Shown in pieces: positions 1 through 8,879 of a stretch of DNA of 64,000 nucleotides (its first letter is position 1; each line of letters begins with the position of its first letter). The notes under the pieces were generated by a model. It ran no database searches. It saw only the letters and a list, made by a program, of their open reading frames with translations, and was not told the DNA's origin. Both the position numbers and the translations under genes were made by a program. Origin of the DNA: PVC group bacterium (lineage in GTDB: Bacteria; Omnitrophota; Gorgyraeia; B26-G9); NCBI GenBank assembly GCA_024231215.1, contig JAAEQR010000206.1, forward strand, positions 3,112-67,111, written 5' to 3'.

Positions 1-10
1 GAGGAATTAA

Positions 11-376
11 ATGAAATATTATGAAAAGTTAATAAAAGATTATGAAGAGTGGGAAAAAAGCGAGCCAAAAGAGGAGGCATATTTTAAAGCCTTTTTTTGT
101 TTTAAAGAGAAGGGAATATTATGCGTTTGGGAGTGTGATGTTGAGGTGCTTTTAATAGAAAGTAAAATAATAAAATTACAAAAATGGCTAGAAAAACCTA
201 CTGGCGAGCTTAAAATACATGGCAAAACGAAAGGTAACTGGTTAAGCCTAGAAATAGACAAAGCTGACAAAAAATATGTTAGCGGTTATATAGAGGATGG
301 GTGGGAAGAGCACAGTATTGCGGCTAACCGTACAAATTTAATAAAATGGCTTAAAAGGATGATGAGTGAGGTATGA
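11..376 (+). CDS. hypothetical protein (121 aa) at upstream edge of glycan locus segment
   Basis: Intact ORF on the same strand as the neighbouring genes. Its stop overlaps the next start (ATGA at 373-376). No motif recognised. Confidence 0.45.
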   Translation: MKYYEKLIKDYEEWEKSEPKEEAYFKAFFCFKEKGILCVWECDVEVLLIESKIIKLQKWLEKPTGELKIHGKTKGNWLSLEIDKADKKYVSGYIEDGWEEHSIAANRTNLIKWLKRMMSEV

Positions 377-894
377 AAAAATCTGAATTGAAATTTTTAA
401 AACATTCTATGATGTATGTGCCTAATTATGGAACTGTTGTGGAAATTGGCTCTTGGATGGGTAGAAGTTCTGAGCAATTGGTACGAGGAATAGACAAATA
501 TTGTCCTGAAGCAGATCTACGTTGTATTGATCCGTTTGATGCCGAATATTTCAAAAAAACACCCGGGTTGCAAAAGAAGACTAAAAAGAATGGTGTCACA
601 GATATTTACGGGTGTTTTAAAAAGCGAATGCGGCCATATAGCTACTCGCATATGAGAATGACATCTGTAGAAGCTGCAAAAAAAATTGTTGATGACGTTC
701 ATTTTGTATTTATAGATGGTAACCATGATTATGAATATGTTAAACAAGACATAGAGCTTTGGGGTGACAAATTAGAAGAAAATTGTGTAATGTGTGGACA
801 TGACTATCACAAACCTGGGGTAAAAAAAGCTGTTGATGAATTGTGTGAAAATGTAAGATTTCCAGCGGAAAGCATGTGGATGGTGGTAAAATGA
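373..894 (+). CDS. class I SAM-dependent O-methyltransferase, TylF/MycF-like (sugar O-methyltransferase family)
   Basis: Motif I-like VVEIGSWMGRSS (SAM binding). FIDGNHDYEY and GHDY resemble the metal-binding D..D/H..Y segment of macrocin-O-methyltransferase-like enzymes. Called from memory of the family. Confidence 0.5.
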   Translation: MKKSELKFLKHSMMYVPNYGTVVEIGSWMGRSSEQLVRGIDKYCPEADLRCIDPFDAEYFKKTPGLQKKTKKNGVTDIYGCFKKRMRPYSYSHMRMTSVEAAKKIVDDVHFVFIDGNHDYEYVKQDIELWGDKLEENCVMCGHDYHKPGVKKAVDELCENVRFPAESMWMVVK

Positions 895-1556
895 AAAAAA
901 CGATTATATTAACAACGGTTAATGATAATTTGTATTACCAAAATAATATGAAAGTTTTTCTTCAATCATTAAAGGAAAATGCTGCTGGAGAATTTGTAAG
1001 AATATATGTGGTTAATAATGAAAAAATTGAATGTGAATTAAAAAAAATAAACAAAAACATAGAAATCAAACATATAAATGAAAAGTTGAATCGTTCTCAA
1101 ATAATTATCAGAAACGCTTTATATTGCCATGAAGCATTAAAAGAAGGATATGAAAAAGTAGCTTGGATAGATAGTGATGTTATAATAAGGGCAAAATTAG
1201 GAGATTTTTGGGATGTTAAGCCCTGTGAATTAAAAGTGATTTACAGAAGAAAGAAAAAAGATCATATTAAGTTTCAGAGTGGTGTTTTTGTTATTGGGAA
1301 CTCATCAGAAATGAGAAAATATATTTGGAAATGGGCAAAAACGATTATTGATCTTAAAAAGGCCAAGTGGTATGATGGTCAGGAGTTAATGTGTGAATTG
1401 GTTTTAAAGTATAAAATAAAACAAATAGATATGCCTATTAAATATAATGATTCTAAGTTTAATGCCGATTCTGTAATTTGGCACTGCAAAAGTAGTCATT
1501 TTTCATATGAAAAGTATCAAAAGGAATATAGAAAATATCTTGAGGTAGTAAAATGA
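891..1556 (+). CDS. putative GT-A fold glycosyltransferase (DXD-type)
   Basis: N-terminal hydrophobic beta strand (IILTTVND) and an AWIDSDVII DXD-like motif. Start overlaps the previous stop (ATGA). The start at M891 is preferred over the 876 ORF start. Confidence 0.35.
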   Translation: MKKTIILTTVNDNLYYQNNMKVFLQSLKENAAGEFVRIYVVNNEKIECELKKINKNIEIKHINEKLNRSQIIIRNALYCHEALKEGYEKVAWIDSDVIIRAKLGDFWDVKPCELKVIYRRKKKDHIKFQSGVFVIGNSSEMRKYIWKWAKTIIDLKKAKWYDGQELMCELVLKYKIKQIDMPIKYNDSKFNADSVIWHCKSSHFSYEKYQKEYRKYLEVVK

Positions 1557-2179
1557 ATATATTTATAGATTGCGGAGCTTATAACGGTGATTCCATAAGA
1601 AAATTCCGTGAAAAGATAGATTATGAAAACAATAAAGATTCTTGGAGGTTTTACGCCTTCGAACCAAATCCTTATGTTGACATAGAATTGGAAAATGTTA
1701 TCATTATCAAGAAAGCTGTTTGGACAGAAGATTGTAAAAAGAAATTGTATTTCAGCAAAAGAAGCAAAAAAGATAATGTGACTACTCTGATGGAAAATAA
1801 AACCACACCACATTTGAATTTTAAAGATTATGCTGAGGTGGAATGTGTTGATTTGTCTTCGTGGCTATATAGAAATATAGACCTGGATGACCATGTAGTA
1901 TTGAAAATGGACATTGAGGGAGCTGAATATAATGTTTTGGCATGGATGGGCTACACTGATGTGTTGGCGTTGATTAATGAATTGTATTGTGAGTTTCACG
2001 TTAAAAAGTTAAAGATGGACCCACAAATACATTTAGATCTTATAAGAAGTCTCAAGGGAGAAACCTTAACATTGCACGGTGATCTAATCCCTTCAGTGAA
2101 ACATCCGGAATTTGCAGACATTGAGGCATATGTCAAATTAGGCGAAAGGCTTCTTAGAAAGTATAGGAGAGAAGCATGA
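1553..2179 (+). CDS. FkbM-family methyltransferase
   Basis: N-terminus FIDCGAYNGDSIRKF...FAFEPNP matches the FkbM domain signature (DxGAxxG ... xFEPxP). ATGA overlap with the upstream gene. Confidence 0.55.
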   Translation: MNIFIDCGAYNGDSIRKFREKIDYENNKDSWRFYAFEPNPYVDIELENVIIIKKAVWTEDCKKKLYFSKRSKKDNVTTLMENKTTPHLNFKDYAEVECVDLSSWLYRNIDLDDHVVLKMDIEGAEYNVLAWMGYTDVLALINELYCEFHVKKLKMDPQIHLDLIRSLKGETLTLHGDLIPSVKHPEFADIEAYVKLGERLLRKYRREA

Positions 2180-2667
2180 AAGGTAGACAGGCTTACCTTT
2201 TCGCTGGAGATACAAGGGTTGTGAAAACATACAAAAGTAATTACGTGAAGAACAAGCTGTCATCCGTAGAAAAAGAGATTGAGGTGTGGGGTGCTTTTAA
2301 TAGCAGACATTGCCCGGTTATTTATGATGTGTTTAACAATGGCTATATAATGGAAAAATACAACTATGCTTTAGGTGGCACCAAAGACATAAATATGGAT
2401 AGGGTTAAACAAACGCCTCTTGATTTAATCAAAGAATTAAACAGCATAGAAAGAGACTTAAAAAAATACAAGATAATCCACAGAGACATTAACCCCGGAA
2501 ACTTATTGTATTCTTCGAAGGAAAAATGTCTAAAGTTAATAGATTTCTACTGGGCTGTTTTTGAGGGTGAGAAATTGATAGATATACCAAAACTAAATAA
2601 ATACTATGGAAATGATAAAGAGGCTTTTGAAAAGTTAAGGAAACAGGTAAAATGGGCAAAGTCATAA
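2176..2667 (+). CDS. small protein-kinase-fold protein (Kdo/LPS-kinase or choline-kinase-like, putative sugar/alcohol kinase)
   Basis: Catalytic-loop motif IIHRDINPGNLL (HRDxxxxN) followed by LIDFYWA (DFG-like). Candidate beta3 lysine in VVKTYK. Only 163 aa, so it may be truncated or minimal. Confidence 0.4.
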   Translation: MKGRQAYLFAGDTRVVKTYKSNYVKNKLSSVEKEIEVWGAFNSRHCPVIYDVFNNGYIMEKYNYALGGTKDINMDRVKQTPLDLIKELNSIERDLKKYKIIHRDINPGNLLYSSKEKCLKLIDFYWAVFEGEKLIDIPKLNKYYGNDKEAFEKLRKQVKWAKS

Positions 2668-3560
2668 AGATATTATCAGAAACAGAAACAGAGAACTATA
2701 ATATATTTCCGCAAAGGCTGACATTGGAAAAGTGTGGTACGTTTCATTTGCATTATAGAAGCATTCGGATGGAATTTAAAGAAGAGGAATTTGTGGAATT
2801 TTGCAAATTAATCAAGAAAGGGTATTCTAACTGGAAAAATGGTGATGGAGTACCCGGTGACAAAGGGCATGTGTTTTTGAGCACTAAGCTTGTACCACCT
2901 GATGTTGTTGATAAAAACAAGTTAAAGGTTGAGTTATGTAACAATCAATACAAAAAACATGAAAAGGATATTTTTGGCAAGGATTCAAATTTCTTTAAAG
3001 ACAAAAGCTATATCCATGTTCACCACAGAAATATAAGACAAGAGTATTCATTGGCTGAGTTTAGAAAAATAATGGAATGTTATTCACGGGTGATATTGCC
3101 GTCGTCGGGATTGATAGAAATGTTTAAAAGTATACGATGCTTGGAGTATGTAGTTATAAGAAACTATGAAAATCTTCCTGAAAGTGTAGAATTTGGCCCT
3201 CACAGTGACTTGGATTTGCTTTTTGCTGATAAAGAAAATGTAAAAGAGTTTATAAGAATAACGAGTGCAGTGGCTACAAAAAAAGAGGGCTATAGAGTTC
3301 AGCACAAAGTTATGGTTGGGGATAATTTTATTTTGTGTGATTTGAGGGTTGTTGGTGATGATTATTTTCCCTATGAACTTGCAAGTTCGATGATAAATAA
3401 TCGAGTATGGTATAGACATTTTACTGTCCCAAGCGAGCAAGATCACTACGCAGGCTTATTATATCATGCACTTATTCACAAAAAAAGAGTATCAGAGGAT
3501 TATATGAAAAGATTGGGGCTGAAACGGCCTAAAGATAAGTCTGTGGGGTTTCATGTATAA
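2652..3560 (+). CDS. hypothetical protein; possible minimal nucleotidyltransferase fold
   Basis: FGPHSDLDLLF resembles the Pol-beta superfamily hG[GS]...DhD motif. Later GDDYFP. Weak. Overlaps the end of the kinase-like ORF by 16 nt. Confidence 0.35.
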   Translation: MGKVIKILSETETENYNIFPQRLTLEKCGTFHLHYRSIRMEFKEEEFVEFCKLIKKGYSNWKNGDGVPGDKGHVFLSTKLVPPDVVDKNKLKVELCNNQYKKHEKDIFGKDSNFFKDKSYIHVHHRNIRQEYSLAEFRKIMECYSRVILPSSGLIEMFKSIRCLEYVVIRNYENLPESVEFGPHSDLDLLFADKENVKEFIRITSAVATKKEGYRVQHKVMVGDNFILCDLRVVGDDYFPYELASSMINNRVWYRHFTVPSEQDHYAGLLYHALIHKKRVSEDYMKRLGLKRPKDKSVGFHV

Positions 3561-4923
3561 AGTAGGATTAATGGCAATTAGAGACTTCCCGTTGTGGAAA
3601 CAATGTTTGAAATCATTAGCATCACATGTTGATGAGCTGTATTTAAGATTCGACATGAGGACTGGTGATAAAAATATATTGCCGGAAATAGAGAGCTGTT
3701 GTGATGGCAAGCTAAAAAAGCTGATTAAAAGTGACATTGTTTGGGATAACCACAACTGGAAAGAGGAGTTACTAAGGATTTTAGATAGTGTACACCCGCG
3801 TGTTGTTTTGTTTCCTGATGAAGATGAAGAGTTTGACAGCGGAATAGAAAAAGACATTAAAAACTTTATGGATAGTGATTGCAAAGAAATGATATTTGAT
3901 TTTAAGACTATTCTACCAAAGGGTATAACAAAAGCCCCTTCTGAGGATGGGCGTGTATATCCTTTTACAAAACATGTAAAAGTTTTTAAGTGGAGGCCTG
4001 GATTAACATACATACCATACAAAAACAGAGGTAGGCTATTCACCTATTTGGATAATCCACAATATGAGGCAAAGTCAAAAATAACCCATTACCATTTTTA
4101 TACAATGGAACTTTACAACAAATGGAAAGACAGGCTACGCAACCGGTTTAAGCTGGAAGAAAATAAAAGGTTGTGCAACGGTCGAAAAACAATAGTTTAT
4201 ATTCTTGGCTCTACACGTAGTGGTAGTACAATGCTGGATTTGATGATTAGTTCCAATTCTGAATGTACAAGCTTGGGCGAGCTTTGCTTGTTACATAAAA
4301 GAGATTGTGGTTTTTGTGGAGCTAAATGCAAATATTGGAAAGAATACAAAAAGAAATTTAACGGCAATTACTATGAGACTGCATTTAAAGTGTTTAAAAA
4401 AGACATCCTTGTGGATTCCTCTAAGAAGTGGAAGTGGTTAAAAGAAAGGGCTGATAGTGAAAGCTATGAGTACAAAGTCATACATCTGGTTCGGAATGGT
4501 TTAGACAGGCTGAAGTTTAGAAAAGGAAAAAATGGGCACATAAAGCCTTATGTGGTGCAAGCCTGGGTTAACACTCACAGGAAGTGCGAGAAGGTACGAA
4601 AAAGGTATGGTGGGATATTGGTTAAGTATGAGGAAATCAACCAAGAAACTAATAGGATATATGAATATCTTGGTGTGAAATGGCAGGATAGAAAAGTGAA
4701 ATTTTGGGAGCACGAACACCACGGATTGCTAGGAAGCAAGACAGCCTATTCTTTAGTAAAAAAATGGCATAACAAAGAAAACGGTTGGTACAATATTTAT
4801 GCAGATGAACACGGATTTAATCTTAATCCACGCACTGGCCATGAATTTCTTAGCAAAGAAGATATTAAGGTGTTTAACAAATACGGTGGGCGTGAATTAA
4901 ATAAGGAGTTGGGGTATGAGTAA
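3553..4923 (+). CDS. two-domain protein with C-terminal sulfotransferase domain
   Basis: C-terminal half has a 5'-PSB-like loop IVYILGSTRSGSTMLD and a downstream 3'-PB-like HLVRNGLDR, as in PAPS-dependent sulfotransferases. The N-terminal 200 aa is unassigned and may be a glycosyltransferase-like domain. Confidence 0.5.
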   Translation: MYKVGLMAIRDFPLWKQCLKSLASHVDELYLRFDMRTGDKNILPEIESCCDGKLKKLIKSDIVWDNHNWKEELLRILDSVHPRVVLFPDEDEEFDSGIEKDIKNFMDSDCKEMIFDFKTILPKGITKAPSEDGRVYPFTKHVKVFKWRPGLTYIPYKNRGRLFTYLDNPQYEAKSKITHYHFYTMELYNKWKDRLRNRFKLEENKRLCNGRKTIVYILGSTRSGSTMLDLMISSNSECTSLGELCLLHKRDCGFCGAKCKYWKEYKKKFNGNYYETAFKVFKKDILVDSSKKWKWLKERADSESYEYKVIHLVRNGLDRLKFRKGKNGHIKPYVVQAWVNTHRKCEKVRKRYGGILVKYEEINQETNRIYEYLGVKWQDRKVKFWEHEHHGLLGSKTAYSLVKKWHNKENGWYNIYADEHGFNLNPRTGHEFLSKEDIKVFNKYGGRELNKELGYE

Positions 4924-5788
4924 AAAAGTACTTGTTACCGGAATCGCAGGCTTCCTGGGATCCCACATAGCAGAAAGATTAGTGGAGTTGGGATATGAGG
5001 TTGTAGGTGTAGATAATTTGTCTACTGGAAAACCAAAAAATATAAAGAAAATTTTTGATAAAATAGAATTCCATTGGATGAGCCTTGAACATTTTGATAT
5101 AGAAAACAAAGATATAGATATAATATGCCACCAAGCAGCGCTATGTAATGTCCCACATTCCATGAAAGACCCAGATGGATATTTTGAAAACAATGTAGCA
5201 GCAACACATAGAATGCTAATGGAAGCGCGTAAATACAATATCAAAAAAATAGTAATAGCTTCTTCAAGTGCTGCCGAAGAATGTATATCACCTTACGGAA
5301 TGTCTAAGAAGGTTACAGAAGATTATTCCAATCATTATAGAAACCTATATGATATGGATATAACAAACCTAAGATACTTTAATGTGTATGGCCCGAGGCA
5401 AAGCATGGACTCGCAACATTCTATGGTGATACCAATTTTTATCAATAAATTACTTAAAGGTGAAAGCCCAACTATTTATGGAGACGGAGAGCAAAGTCGG
5501 GATTTTATATATGTAGATGACGTGGTTGATGCTAATATTGCAGCAATTGAAGGCGATCATCAAGGCACTTGGGATGTGGGATCAGGGGAATCAACAAAAA
5601 TAATAGATTTATTTAACTGGATTAAAGCTTTAATTGGTGCTGAAGTTGATCCAATATTCACAAAAAAAAGGCCGGGAGATCCATTTGAAACGGAAGCGAT
5701 TGTGAGTGGTAGGTATTGGCAACCAAAAACAGACATGAGTGATGGACTTATAAAAACTATAGAATGGTGGAAGAATGAAAACGTGTAA
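4916..5788 (+). CDS. NAD-dependent sugar epimerase/dehydratase (short-chain dehydrogenase/reductase, SDR, family)
   Basis: Rossmann motif VLVTGIAGFLGSH (GxxGxxG), catalytic YGMSK (YxxxK), and length and architecture typical of UDP-sugar 4-epimerases. Confidence 0.8.
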   Translation: MSKKVLVTGIAGFLGSHIAERLVELGYEVVGVDNLSTGKPKNIKKIFDKIEFHWMSLEHFDIENKDIDIICHQAALCNVPHSMKDPDGYFENNVAATHRMLMEARKYNIKKIVIASSSAAEECISPYGMSKKVTEDYSNHYRNLYDMDITNLRYFNVYGPRQSMDSQHSMVIPIFINKLLKGESPTIYGDGEQSRDFIYVDDVVDANIAAIEGDHQGTWDVGSGESTKIIDLFNWIKALIGAEVDPIFTKKRPGDPFETEAIVSGRYWQPKTDMSDGLIKTIEWWKNENV

Positions 5789-5960
5789 AAATTGCACTTA
5801 TTGGGTTTCTAATAAAGACGAAAAAATGTTTTATCCAGAAACAGGTGATGGGCGATGCCATAGAAACGCTCCAATAGTAAGTAATGATGATCGTCACGAA
5901 TGGCCACCAACAATGGAAATGGATTGGTGTGGAGAATATAAAAAAAAGTTGGAAGAATGA
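5775..5960 (+). CDS. small Cys-rich protein (61 aa)
   Basis: CKNC...CHRNAP...WCGEY. Overlaps the epimerase stop. Member of a set of small Cys proteins scattered through the glycan locus. Confidence 0.4.
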   Translation: MKTCKNCTYWVSNKDEKMFYPETGDGRCHRNAPIVSNDDRHEWPPTMEMDWCGEYKKKLEE

Positions 5961-6104
5961 GTACGATTTACTCAAATGACATAGAAGTAATCTTAAAAGA
6001 TGGCAGCAGGCATAAAGGCACTATAGCCGCGATTAGATATATTGTTGACAAAGCTATTGATGAAAAGCTTGAGAAGATAATTAAAGAGTTGAGAGAGGCA
6101 AAGA

Positions 6105-7088
6105 ATGAGTAAAAATTGGCTCTTTTTAAGGGGTTATTTTGATCGCAACAACAAAAAATCACTAAAAAATGATTCTGACATGTGGGTACAATTGTTTTCC
6201 AAGTTAGTCCCGGATGGCATCACAATGCCAGATAGTGCAAACGGAGCAATATGCTATGTTGATTACAAGCAGACTATGCCGCAAATGTATGAGTATTTGC
6301 CAATAATTGGAAAAGAAAAAGCAAAGATGTTAGCAAAAGAATTTGACTACGTTTTCGCCAGAGGTGGCCACAAAGAATACGAGCCAATACTGAAGAAATG
6401 TAAAAACGCATACAAAATTTATTATGGTGCAGGAGCTCGCATAGTACCCGAAAAAGATTTAGGCTACAGTCTCATATTATGCGACTCTGAGGAACAGAAA
6501 AAGAAATGCAAGAAGAAATATCCACATATAAAAAGTTCTCTTTGGATAAAACCCGCAGCAAGACATTTCAAACCTGTTGAATGTGAAAAAGAATATGATG
6601 TATGTTACGTAGCTGATTGCCATAGTAAATTTCAGGAAAAGATTAAGCGCGTAAATTGGGTGTATAAGACAGCACCGAAAGACCTTAAAATACTTCATTT
6701 GGGGAAAAGTTCTATAAAACCGCCTAAGAATGTTACTGTTAAACGAGTGCAGAGGATTGATATGCCTAAGTGGTATTCTAAGTGTAAGGTGGGAATTGTT
6801 CCTTATAAGGGGTATGACAGTTGCCCTAGAGTAATTCCGGAGATGTTGGCTTGTGGGTTACCTTTGGTTGTTATGGATAGTGTTAATTTTTGGATAAAAA
6901 AGTATTTTTTCACATCCCCTTTCAAAGGTCGCAAAATAAACAAAAATGGGTTTTGGGAAATTGTTGGTGTTTATTTAAATCCTTACAAGCACAAAATAGA
7001 TTTTGTTGGCGAATTATCTGATTACTACCAAGAAAACCTCTCTCTCAAACCAGCAGCAGAACATTTAAGGAGTTTAATTAATGGATGA
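6105..7088 (+). CDS. putative GT-B fold glycosyltransferase (GT1/GT4-like)
   Basis: C-terminal VIPEMLACGLPLVVMDS resembles the conserved GT-B E..a.G.P motif. Size 327 aa. Confidence 0.45.
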   Translation: MSKNWLFLRGYFDRNNKKSLKNDSDMWVQLFSKLVPDGITMPDSANGAICYVDYKQTMPQMYEYLPIIGKEKAKMLAKEFDYVFARGGHKEYEPILKKCKNAYKIYYGAGARIVPEKDLGYSLILCDSEEQKKKCKKKYPHIKSSLWIKPAARHFKPVECEKEYDVCYVADCHSKFQEKIKRVNWVYKTAPKDLKILHLGKSSIKPPKNVTVKRVQRIDMPKWYSKCKVGIVPYKGYDSCPRVIPEMLACGLPLVVMDSVNFWIKKYFFTSPFKGRKINKNGFWEIVGVYLNPYKHKIDFVGELSDYYQENLSLKPAAEHLRSLING

Positions 7089-8310
7089 CAGAGCATTAGG
7101 ACAAATAATAACATTCTTTGAAGTGGTTAATGGCGCAAGTATGACAAGGACAAACAGGCCGCCTATGGGTGTATGGTTCTTAGAAAAAGAATCACTTATG
7201 GAATTTGTTATTAATAATAGAGTAATAACACCTATTAAAATAGGAATAACAGGCGCTCTTGATCCCAAAGCATTTGAAAAAATGTGTGAAAATTTCAGAG
7301 TGGGGTTTGAAGAAGGCAGAAAATGTAATTATATATTAAAAATAGAATCACAGACCGTATATGTTAATTTATACCAAGACAAAGGGTTTGGGAAGTTAAT
7401 AATAGCACCAAAAAGAATAATAGAAACAATAAACACAAGAAGAGACATGTCTATGTCAAGGTGGGGTACTTGGAAATATAAAATGGTTTATAATAAATGG
7501 TTTGAACTTTCTATACCATATAAATTTGGAACTGTTTTAGACATGCAGATACCTAACTGGATTACAAAGGTTAAGCATATTGAAAAAGAAAACTTAAACA
7601 AAAATGATAGTTTTTTTATTGGCAAGCGCGCTGAAAATGCTTTGGAATTAATGGCATTATTAAGAAGTTGTGCTACGGTGGCAGGGATTGAAAAGTATCT
7701 ATTTCTTGGATTTGGAACGTTGTTAGGTGTGGCTCGCGAAGGAGGTTTTATCCCCAATGATAGAGATTTAGACCATTGTGTGGCTGGTGAATATATAACA
7801 CCACACCAAGAAGAAAAGTTTCTTCAGGAAATAGCAAGGTCAAGAACTATTGACGGGAAAACTTATTCGAAAGGGCTGTATGAAGGAAGATGCAGAAAGC
7901 CAGTACGAAGGAGAGATGAGGGACAGCGGTTTTTGTGGACATCCTGTGGACACAAAAAAGTACACGGTCAAAAAGGGGTAAAATCATGCATATGGAAATT
8001 CTTTAAGCATGAAAAATATGATTGGCACTCAAAAGGCAGGCGCTGGATTAATACAAGAAAGTTTGATTATCAATTATATGATTATAATGGAGGTGAAGAT
8101 GCAATTGCAAAGGGAATACCAACAGGCTTGCTGGACCAGTTTAAAGAAATCAAATTTCATGGAGTCACAATAAACATACCCAAAAGAGTTGGTGCGTGTT
8201 TGGATGAATGGTATCCGGGTTGGGCACGACCAAAAAAAGGAGCAAGTGCAAAAAAGCATGTAATGGTTATTCCTGATTGGAAGAAGCCTAATGGGTGGAA
8301 GGTTTATTAG
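7081..8310 (+). CDS. LicD-family phosphotransferase-domain protein (CDP-alcohol phospho-group transferase)
   Basis: FLGFGTLLGVAREGGFIPNDRDLDHC matches the LicD/fukutin-like core (GTLLGAVRH.GFIPWDDDIDI). N-terminal about 180 aa unassigned. Confidence 0.5.
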   Translation: MDDRALGQIITFFEVVNGASMTRTNRPPMGVWFLEKESLMEFVINNRVITPIKIGITGALDPKAFEKMCENFRVGFEEGRKCNYILKIESQTVYVNLYQDKGFGKLIIAPKRIIETINTRRDMSMSRWGTWKYKMVYNKWFELSIPYKFGTVLDMQIPNWITKVKHIEKENLNKNDSFFIGKRAENALELMALLRSCATVAGIEKYLFLGFGTLLGVAREGGFIPNDRDLDHCVAGEYITPHQEEKFLQEIARSRTIDGKTYSKGLYEGRCRKPVRRRDEGQRFLWTSCGHKKVHGQKGVKSCIWKFFKHEKYDWHSKGRRWINTRKFDYQLYDYNGGEDAIAKGIPTGLLDQFKEIKFHGVTINIPKRVGACLDEWYPGWARPKKGASAKKHVMVIPDWKKPNGWKVY

Positions 8311-8327
8311 CACAAAACAAATAAAAG

Positions 8328-8356
8328 TTGACAAAATTAAGGAAATTATATATTAT
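8328..8356 (+). promoter_or_regulatory. sigma70-type promoter (TTGACA - 17 nt - TATTAT)
   Basis: Read directly: TTGACA at 8328-8333, 17-nt spacer, TATTAT at 8351-8356, in the gap after the last glycan-locus gene. Confidence 0.55.
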
Positions 8357-8362
8357 ATATGA

Positions 8363-8586
8363 ATAAGAGGACTATTCCAGATAAAACCGAAAGAGGGTTT
8401 CATTCATTAAAGCGGTTAAAGGAGAAAAGATTACCCGGTTCGATATGATTTCACACTAAAGGGCAAGGTGTTGTCGATCAAGTAGAGGTAAAATATAACT
8501 TAAAATAATTAACTAAAATAAACTGTTCACGTCAACGAAGGCGCTAGTTTGGGACTTAAGGTCTCAAGTTAGCGCCTTTTTTTATT
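8363..8586 (+). ncRNA. promoter-proximal leader transcript ending at an intrinsic terminator (lambda 6S/tR'-like arrangement), no ORF
   Basis: About 220 nt between the predicted transcription start and the terminator. It contains no ORF longer than 5 aa in the transcribed part. The next ATG (8588) follows the T-run directly. Confidence 0.3.
8539..8586 (+). terminator. rho-independent terminator
   Basis: GGCGCTAgtttgggacttaaggtctcaagtTAGCGCC stem followed by TTTTTTTATTT. Confidence 0.6.
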
Positions 8587-8587
8587 T

Positions 8588-8878
8588 ATGCCAAGACTAA
8601 TACGCTGCAGAAGCAAAATAAGACACAATACAAAATTTTCTCCTGAAGAAGATATTGGGGGAATGTTAATCGTTTTTGATGGTAATAGCATATACGCAAA
8701 ATGTAAGGGCTCAAACAATCACAACTGCAAGCGGTGGACAAAAATCGATGTGGATTTTCCAGGTATAAAAATAGACTTTGAAAAGGCAGCGTTAAAACAA
8801 ACTGCTATGCCAAAAAAATTCAGGTTTGAAATGGCCGGCAAAGATATTCAACATGCTCCTATTGTAATAGAGGATTAA
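8588..8878 (+). CDS. hypothetical small protein (96 aa), first gene after leader terminator
   Basis: ORF starting 2 nt after the terminator T-run. Basic, with scattered Cys/His (possible small zinc-binding regulator). No clear motif. Confidence 0.4.
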   Translation: MPRLIRCRSKIRHNTKFSPEEDIGGMLIVFDGNSIYAKCKGSNNHNCKRWTKIDVDFPGIKIDFEKAALKQTAMPKKFRFEMAGKDIQHAPIVIED

Positions 8879-8879
8879 T

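Noticed and set aside
8363-8540. Possible tRNA in the ORF-less leader (contains CCCGGTTCGATATG resembling a T-loop)
   Set aside because: No acceptor stem, D-arm or anticodon stem can be paired around it. Better explained as a regulatory leader RNA.
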